This document shows positions 24,255-29,700 of a stretch of DNA of 29,700 nt, one piece after another. The position numbers were made by a program, and so were the translations under genes. The notes below the pieces were generated by a model. It had not been told where the DNA came from and did not search any database. It saw only the letters and a program-made list of their open reading frames with translations. The DNA is from Candidatus Subterrananammoxibius californiae (GTDB taxonomy: Bacteria; Planctomycetota; Brocadiia; Brocadiales; Subterrananammoxibiaceae): NCBI GenBank assembly GCA_030586555.1, contig JAURAC010000036.1, forward strand, positions 1 through 29,700, written 5' to 3'. Numbering within the stretch: position 1 is the first letter of the stretch; each line of letters starts with the position of its first letter.

Positions 24255-24572
24255 ATGGAACCGGTAATAAACGGCGCAAATCGGAAACCTGATGGAACCT
24301 TTGGCGCAGGGAACAATGCGAATCCAGCTGGGCGCCCCAAAGGAACATCAATTAAGGACCGAGTTAGAAAATGGCTTGACGAACATCCCGACGACATGGA
24401 AGCCTTCGTCAAACATTTCGTAAAAGAGAGTAGAGATCTTTCATGGCAAATGCTGGAAGGACGACCTTCACAAGGGATAGGACAAGCAGAAGATTTACCA
24501 CCCCTCCCACTCATCCCTTTACATGCAATACGCAGAGACAACAGCATTGCAGAAACTACTCAACCTGAATAA
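24255..24572 (+). CDS. Terminase small subunit (DUF5681-like)
   Basis: GTFGAGNNANPAGRPKG motif directly upstream of TerL; TGGTATAAT 7 nt before the ATG. Confidence 0.75.
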   Translation: MEPVINGANRKPDGTFGAGNNANPAGRPKGTSIKDRVRKWLDEHPDDMEAFVKHFVKESRDLSWQMLEGRPSQGIGQAEDLPPLPLIPLHAIRRDNSIAETTQPE

Positions 24573-25716
24573 AAAGATTCGTGCAATTCAGGGTGGGACT
24601 TCTGCCTCTAAGACCATCAGTATTTTGATGTATCTCATCGCTCGCGCACAGGCCGATACGACTCCCACACTTACTTCCATCGTCAGTGAAAGCCTCCCAC
24701 ACCTCAAGAAGGGATGTATCCGTGACTTTGAGAGTATTATGAAAACACACCGCTACTGGAGAGAAGCGCGGTGGAATAAGACTGATAAAATCTACACTTT
24801 CGAGAAAGGCTCACAAATAGAATTCTTTGGAGCTGAACAATCAGAAAAACTCCGAGGTGGTAGACGAGACAGGGGATTCATTAACGAGTGCAACAATGTT
24901 TCGCTCGAAGTCTTTGATGAGTTTGAGGTGAGAACAAAGGAATTCGTTTTCCTGGACTGGAACCCCACTAACGATTTCTGGTTTTACGATGATGTTCAAG
25001 GTAAGCGGGACGATGTCGAACTAATTGTCCTCACGTATAAAGACAACGAGGCTTGTCCACTTGAGATTGTGAAATCAATCGAGCAACGCCGAAACCGTCT
25101 CGGTTGGTGGAAAGTATATGGGGAGGGTCAGCGTGGGGAAGTTGAAGGACGAATCTACACTAATTGGAACACCATTGACGAAATACCCCACGAAGCTCGC
25201 CTTGAACGCTACGGAGTGGACTTTGGCTATCATCCCGACCCCTGTGCAATCGTAGCTCTTTACTACTTGAACGGAGGTTACATTCTCGACGAAGTAACCT
25301 ACCAACTCGACATGAGTAACCGTGAGATAGGTAACACCCTCAAGAACCTTCCACGCGCCCTCGTCATAGCCGACAGTGCAGAACCCAAGAGTATAGATGA
25401 AATACGTCTGTATGGCGTGAACATACAACCCACTGTTAAAGGCAAGGACTCGCGCAAGTATGGAATCAAGGCCGTCCAAGACTTGAGAATCAGCGTAACA
25501 AGAAACTCCGCAAACCTCCTCAAAGAATATCGTAATTATCTCTGGGCAACGGATAAGGACGGTAAATTGTTACCCGGAGTGCCCGAAGAAGGAAACGACC
25601 ACTGCCTCGATGCGGCACGCTACGCTATCAACTCACTCGTCCCAGTCATCAGAAAGAAAGAGTTATACACATCCACCAACGTTCCTCCCCGCCAGAGAGT
25701 CAATGTCGCGGTATAA
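24523..25716 (+). CDS. terL: Terminase large subunit, PBSX family
   Basis: QGGTSASKT Walker A, FINE Walker B, LDWNP, GVDFGY, ADSAEPKSI, DHCLDAARY. Confidence 0.93.
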   Translation: MQYAETTALQKLLNLNKKIRAIQGGTSASKTISILMYLIARAQADTTPTLTSIVSESLPHLKKGCIRDFESIMKTHRYWREARWNKTDKIYTFEKGSQIEFFGAEQSEKLRGGRRDRGFINECNNVSLEVFDEFEVRTKEFVFLDWNPTNDFWFYDDVQGKRDDVELIVLTYKDNEACPLEIVKSIEQRRNRLGWWKVYGEGQRGEVEGRIYTNWNTIDEIPHEARLERYGVDFGYHPDPCAIVALYYLNGGYILDEVTYQLDMSNREIGNTLKNLPRALVIADSAEPKSIDEIRLYGVNIQPTVKGKDSRKYGIKAVQDLRISVTRNSANLLKEYRNYLWATDKDGKLLPGVPEEGNDHCLDAARYAINSLVPVIRKKELYTSTNVPPRQRVNVAV

Positions 25717-25717
25717 T

Positions 25718-25840
25718 ATGGAAATCAAAGTTATAGACACTTCAAAGTTTCTCATCCCCCAATGTTGTCGTGAAGGATGGGATTCATGCCCTCATGTGGT
25801 GAAGAAACAGAAAAACACTAAAGGAAATATCGCTCTATGA
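25718..25840 (+). CDS. 40-aa Cys-containing micro-protein
   Basis: MEIKVID...PQCCREGWDSCPH...NIAL; coupled on both sides. Confidence 0.55.
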   Translation: MEIKVIDTSKFLIPQCCREGWDSCPHVVKKQKNTKGNIAL

Positions 25841-26403
25841 AGATTGCAATAGGAATGACAACGGCCGGATTGGTGAAATCACAAACAACCGCGTGTCTTA
25901 TAGCAATGCTCAAGGCGTTAAAGTATGAGTATGTGTTTTTGCTGAAAGAAGGCCCGAACCAACCTCTTAATCGTGAAGTAATAGCGGAAGTTGCACTATC
26001 TCAAGGGTGCACCCACCTTTTCTTTTTGGATAGTGACATGCATTTTCCCCCCGAATCATTAAATATATTGCTCGGACACGACAAAGACGTAATCGGCGCG
26101 AATTATCATCAACGACAACTACCGCTAATAACTACCGTCAAAATGGATGCGGAAAAGAAAAAAACAATTGCGGCTGATTATCCCAATGGCGTGTTTCCAT
26201 GTAATGCAGTCGCGTCAGGATTTATGCTCATCAACACAAAAGTGTTCGCCAAACTGGAAAAGCCATGGTTTCATGTCGGCACGCTCAATGGTGAACTTGA
26301 AGGGCATGACTATCGCTTCTGCCGGCTTGTAAGAGAGGCAGGTTTCAATGTATGGTGCGACCTAAACATTCCCATCAAACACATCGGCGACTATCTTTAT
26401 TAG
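25837..26403 (+). CDS. GT-A fold (GT2-like) glycosyltransferase, paralog 2
   Basis: HLFFLDSD, GFMLI, GHDYRFC, IKHIGDYLY. Confidence 0.8.
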   Translation: MKIAIGMTTAGLVKSQTTACLIAMLKALKYEYVFLLKEGPNQPLNREVIAEVALSQGCTHLFFLDSDMHFPPESLNILLGHDKDVIGANYHQRQLPLITTVKMDAEKKKTIAADYPNGVFPCNAVASGFMLINTKVFAKLEKPWFHVGTLNGELEGHDYRFCRLVREAGFNVWCDLNIPIKHIGDYLY

Positions 26404-26404
26404 T

Positions 26405-26698
26405 ATGATTACTACTGACACATTCCCCAAAGCACTCCCCAATCCTTTGTTTGACGATTTACCAAAGGCGCTCAAAGACCCGGAGAATTACAAGAAAGTG
26501 CAGAAACTCTTAATCGAAGCACTCGCTACGAGATGCTCACATTCTGACATGGAAGGATGGGCTAAATGTTTAGAATGTCAGGCCGCGAAAGTAAACAGAG
26601 AAAACGTAATGAACAAGCTCGGCTTCAAATCTATGGCACAATACATGGCATGGAAAAAAGTGCATGAGATTATTGATAGGCGAGTTAAACTACGATGA
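26405..26698 (+). CDS. Hypothetical protein
   Basis: ORF track; H...CxxC. Confidence 0.6.
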   Translation: MITTDTFPKALPNPLFDDLPKALKDPENYKKVQKLLIEALATRCSHSDMEGWAKCLECQAAKVNRENVMNKLGFKSMAQYMAWKKVHEIIDRRVKLR

Positions 26699-27141
26699 TG
26701 TATATAGATAAAACCGCTCTAGGAAATGAGAAACAAGTTGACGAACTCAACATGCTCATCACTACCCGAATTGCGCCATCAATAATTCACGGCGTGGGAG
26801 TGTTTGCAATCAGAGACCTCCCAAAAGGAAAGAAACTCCACGCCGATGCGTTACCCAAAGTATTCGATCTCAAATACAACCACTTCACCAAACTATTCCC
26901 CGAAGTCCGGGAACTCCTACTTGAAAGGTGGCCGTCAGTCACCTACCTAGAGGGAGCGAAGTTTGCTTTTCCCGATACAAGAATACAGGCCTACATGAAC
27001 CACTCCGATGACCCAAACTATTCTAATGTAACCGACACCTTACTTCGTGATGTTAAGGCGGGCGAGGAGATTACGGAAAACTACCGAAACATTAATGGAT
27101 GGGACGAAGTGTTCACTTGGCTAAAAGAAAGTATGGTATAA
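26695..27141 (+). CDS. SET-domain protein (putative lysine methyltransferase)
   Basis: SIIHGVGVFA, YMNHSDDPN, RDVKAGEEITENY. Confidence 0.85.
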   Translation: MMYIDKTALGNEKQVDELNMLITTRIAPSIIHGVGVFAIRDLPKGKKLHADALPKVFDLKYNHFTKLFPEVRELLLERWPSVTYLEGAKFAFPDTRIQAYMNHSDDPNYSNVTDTLLRDVKAGEEITENYRNINGWDEVFTWLKESMV

Positions 27142-27148
27142 TGCAGAT

Positions 27149-27364
27149 ATGTATTCTCACTCTTGCACTAAATGTAAATCCTCCTACGAAGATAGCGACG
27201 AGGAGGCATACCTCTGTGAGCAGTGCAAAAAAAGCAAGGCACAGTTCGCCGCAGAGATTGACGCACGGATTGCCGCACGAGGCCCCAAGAAAGTTGCAAT
27301 GTCAGCATTACAGCAACATGATGCTTCACCAAAGATAAAAGGTTTCGCAATAACAAGATTATGA
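27149..27364 (+). CDS. Small zinc-ribbon protein
   Basis: CTKC...CEQC; TGGTATAAT 6 nt before the ATG. Confidence 0.65.
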   Translation: MYSHSCTKCKSSYEDSDEEAYLCEQCKKSKAQFAAEIDARIAARGPKKVAMSALQQHDASPKIKGFAITRL

Positions 27365-27603
27365 CCCATCTCACACTTGTAAACATAGGAAGAAGGTTTG
27401 AATCAGAAGGGGAGACTGCATTTGAGGCTCTCAAGAATTTAAAGGTCAATAATGTTCGAGGCAAAAGTGTTTTGATATTCAAGAAAGGAGACATTACTAA
27501 AGAGCGGGTCATACCGGCGTATATGAATCGTTTCCTATTTTCCGTGAAAGGAATAGCGCAAGAGGCTGCATTTAAAAACCTAGCAAGCACATTTGACCTA
27601 TGA
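27361..27603 (+). CDS. Hypothetical protein
   Basis: ORF track; ATGA coupling on both sides. Confidence 0.6.
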   Translation: MTHLTLVNIGRRFESEGETAFEALKNLKVNNVRGKSVLIFKKGDITKERVIPAYMNRFLFSVKGIAQEAAFKNLASTFDL

Positions 27604-29402
27604 CACATCCCAATATCTACGCCTTTGTTAAAGCAGAGGAATCGAAGTTTGAGACCAACGAAATTCGTCTTGGGGAGAACTGGACGTGGAATTTTAAGTA
27701 TCATGTCGGACTCCTCACACATCTTAAAAACGGCGTATTCTTCACCGGCACGAACGACTATCTACGCGCTTTCAAGAATATTATGGAGCCAATACTTAAC
27801 TTGGCCTATTGGACAGAGGATATAGAAGTAAAGGATATCACTTTCTTCATTGAAGGTGGTAAAGGGCGCGCACTGTCCTTTCTCATCAAGAAGTATCACG
27901 ATGAAGTTTATGTGCGTGAGAACAACCTCGACACCTTCATAGATGAAATAACCGAAAGCGATATTGACTATGGTGGTGTGCTGGTCCAGAAAACCGACAA
28001 AGGGCGGCCAGAGGTCATTGACTTCAACTCTATTGCCTTCTGCGACCAAACTGACATCCTCGGCGGGCCTATTGCGTTCAAGTTCTCAATGAACCCAGAC
28101 AAGCTACGAGAGATGTCGAAGTTCGGATGGGGTGAGGAGAAGAACGGGGCGACTATCTCAATCTCCGACCTCATCACTATAGCCAAGAACACTAAAGACC
28201 CCGTTGGAATCGTAGGGAGTTCTAAGAACGAAACGACGGGGAAGAACATCGAAGTCTATGTCCTAAGAGGATGCTTGCCCGAACATTACATGATGGATAA
28301 CGACAATGTAGATAATTATTACAACCAAGTCCAAGTCATAGCGTTTTACACTGACAAGAACCACAAAAAAGAAGGCGTCACTCTCTACCGAAAGCCAGAA
28401 GAAGAAAGCCAACTCAAATTCCACACATCAAAGAAAGTTTACGGGCGTGCGCTGGGGCGAGGTGTCGGAGAATCACTCATCCATCCCCAGATATGGACAA
28501 ACTTTTTAACTATCCATAAAACTCGAATGCTGGAATCGGCGTCAAAGGTTCCTCTTTATACCGATGACCCGAACTATCAGAATCGCAACAAAATCCAAGA
28601 CATGGAGAATCTTGAAATCACCACAATTGAGGAAGGGAAGGTGATACGACAAGTTCCAACAGCCGCAACCGCAAACATCCAACTCTACGAGAACAGCATC
28701 AACGAATGGTTTGAGCACGCTCAATTCACTGGCTCTGCATTTGACCCTGTTCTTGGCAAAGACCCCTCATCAGGAACGACATTTAGAGGCCAAGAGCGCA
28801 CTGTGGCGCAAGGGAGAGGCCCGCACGACCGCAGGAGAGGCCAGAGAGCGAAGTTCATTGAGGAAATCTATCGAGATTGGATAATTCCAGACATCGTGAA
28901 GAAGATTGTGAAGGGAAAGAAGTTCCTTGCATCCTTCACCTCCGAAGAAATGACATGGGTGACAGACCAGCTCGCCGATAATTTCGCACACACCGAACAA
29001 CTTGATAGTATGCCTGACCTTAAGATGCCCAAAGGTACGGAGGTGTTGCGACAAGATTTCAGCAGGTCATTCTCCAAGCGAGGCAATAAACATTCACTTG
29101 AGATTAAGCCAGATGAGTTCAGGGGCCTCTCCTCGACTATTGGCATCAACGTAACTTCCAAGCAGAAAGACCTTGTGAACTTGTCTGATAAGATTTTGTC
29201 CATCTTCCAGTTCATCTTCGCCAATCCGCAGGCCTTCCAACAGGCGATGCAAATCCCCGCACTGGCAAAGGCGTTTCAAGACCTCCTTGAGTTCGGTGGT
29301 ATGAACCAAGCTGACTTTGCTAGTCTTGTAAGCTCCCCCATACCTTCCCCGGTGCAACCCCAAACGCCTCAACCATTAGAACTACCACAAGTAGTGGCAT
29401 AA
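27600..29402 (+). CDS. Portal protein (P22-like)
   Basis: 600 aa between terminase and head genes; YGGV, GRGVGE, SSGTTF motifs; Gln/Pro tail. Confidence 0.75.
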   Translation: MTHPNIYAFVKAEESKFETNEIRLGENWTWNFKYHVGLLTHLKNGVFFTGTNDYLRAFKNIMEPILNLAYWTEDIEVKDITFFIEGGKGRALSFLIKKYHDEVYVRENNLDTFIDEITESDIDYGGVLVQKTDKGRPEVIDFNSIAFCDQTDILGGPIAFKFSMNPDKLREMSKFGWGEEKNGATISISDLITIAKNTKDPVGIVGSSKNETTGKNIEVYVLRGCLPEHYMMDNDNVDNYYNQVQVIAFYTDKNHKKEGVTLYRKPEEESQLKFHTSKKVYGRALGRGVGESLIHPQIWTNFLTIHKTRMLESASKVPLYTDDPNYQNRNKIQDMENLEITTIEEGKVIRQVPTAATANIQLYENSINEWFEHAQFTGSAFDPVLGKDPSSGTTFRGQERTVAQGRGPHDRRRGQRAKFIEEIYRDWIIPDIVKKIVKGKKFLASFTSEEMTWVTDQLADNFAHTEQLDSMPDLKMPKGTEVLRQDFSRSFSKRGNKHSLEIKPDEFRGLSSTIGINVTSKQKDLVNLSDKILSIFQFIFANPQAFQQAMQIPALAKAFQDLLEFGGMNQADFASLVSSPIPSPVQPQTPQPLELPQVVA

Positions 29403-29403
29403 T

Positions 29404-29634
29404 ATGGATAAACGAGAGAAAATAACACGTTTCTTGAGTGACAAACTAATGTCGGAGTCGGTGTATTACATCCTCTTAAATGCGTTCTTAAAAGGCAGCG
29501 GAACTAAGGACGTTTCTGTATTGGCGGCAGAGAGAATTTCAATCAGTCTGCTTCCCGTCGCATGGAAAGAGCTTGAGAAGTTTAAAAATGACGAACCTGT
29601 GGAAAACAAGACCACGAGTAACCCGGGTTTGTGA
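29404..29634 (+). CDS. Small post-portal hypothetical protein
   Basis: ORF track; TAA-T-ATG junction. Confidence 0.65.
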   Translation: MDKREKITRFLSDKLMSESVYYILLNAFLKGSGTKDVSVLAAERISISLLPVAWKELEKFKNDEPVENKTTSNPGL

Positions 29635-29645
29635 TATAATAAAAG

Positions 29646-29700
29646 GGTCGAGATTACTACTTAACAAAAAATTATGACATTCAAAAATACATTAGCATTA
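29646..29700. repeat. Terminal direct repeat (copy 2)
   Basis: Identical to 1-55; restarts the ORF at 29. Confidence 0.95.

Noticed and set aside
27168..27722. 184-aa minus-strand ORF
   Set aside because: Antisense to three coupled late genes including portal; no recognisable features
1..29700. CRISPR array, diversity-generating retroelement, retron or integrase
   Set aside because: I saw no regularly spaced repeats, no reverse transcriptase motifs, no template/variable repeat pair and no recombinase motifs
1..29700. Stop-codon reassignment (code 15 or 25)
   Set aside because: Core genes are intact in code 11, and TGA, TAG and TAA all end genes at tight junctions

Overview
The window looks like a complete, circularly assembled genome of a small tailed dsDNA phage with P22-like/podovirus-style organisation. 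Unit length is 29,645 bp, since bases 1-55 recur at 29646-29700. The + strand late arm (23779 through the junction to 14994) carries TerS, PBSX-type TerL, two GT-A/GT2-like paralogs, a SET-domain protein, portal, scaffold, major capsid, tail tubular and ejection-type proteins, several membrane-targeted Thr/Ser-rich proteins and a lysis module. The - strand early arm (about 15037-23690) carries an HNH/NinG-like nuclease, three DNA methyltransferases (the C5 enzyme has a nested out-of-frame partner gene), an SSB-like protein, an SPFH-like protein and many micro-ORFs. I recognised no integrase, polymerase, helicase or primase. Leaderless promoters, scarce Shine-Dalgarno motifs and A-S/T-S/T-T-rich exported proteins suggest, by inference only, a Patescibacteria/Parcubacteria-like host using genetic code 11. 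Four things stand out: (i) many structured non-coding RNA candidates, including a cluster of three at 15738-16577 with boxA-like motifs and T-loop-like hairpins; (ii) three leaders sharing an interleaved, pseudoknot-like inverted-repeat architecture; (iii) DnaA-box-like 9-mers at fixed spacing upstream of -10 elements; and (iv) signal-anchored proteins in the virion module alongside duplicated glycosyltransferases. All calls come from reading motifs by eye. No database search or folding program was run.
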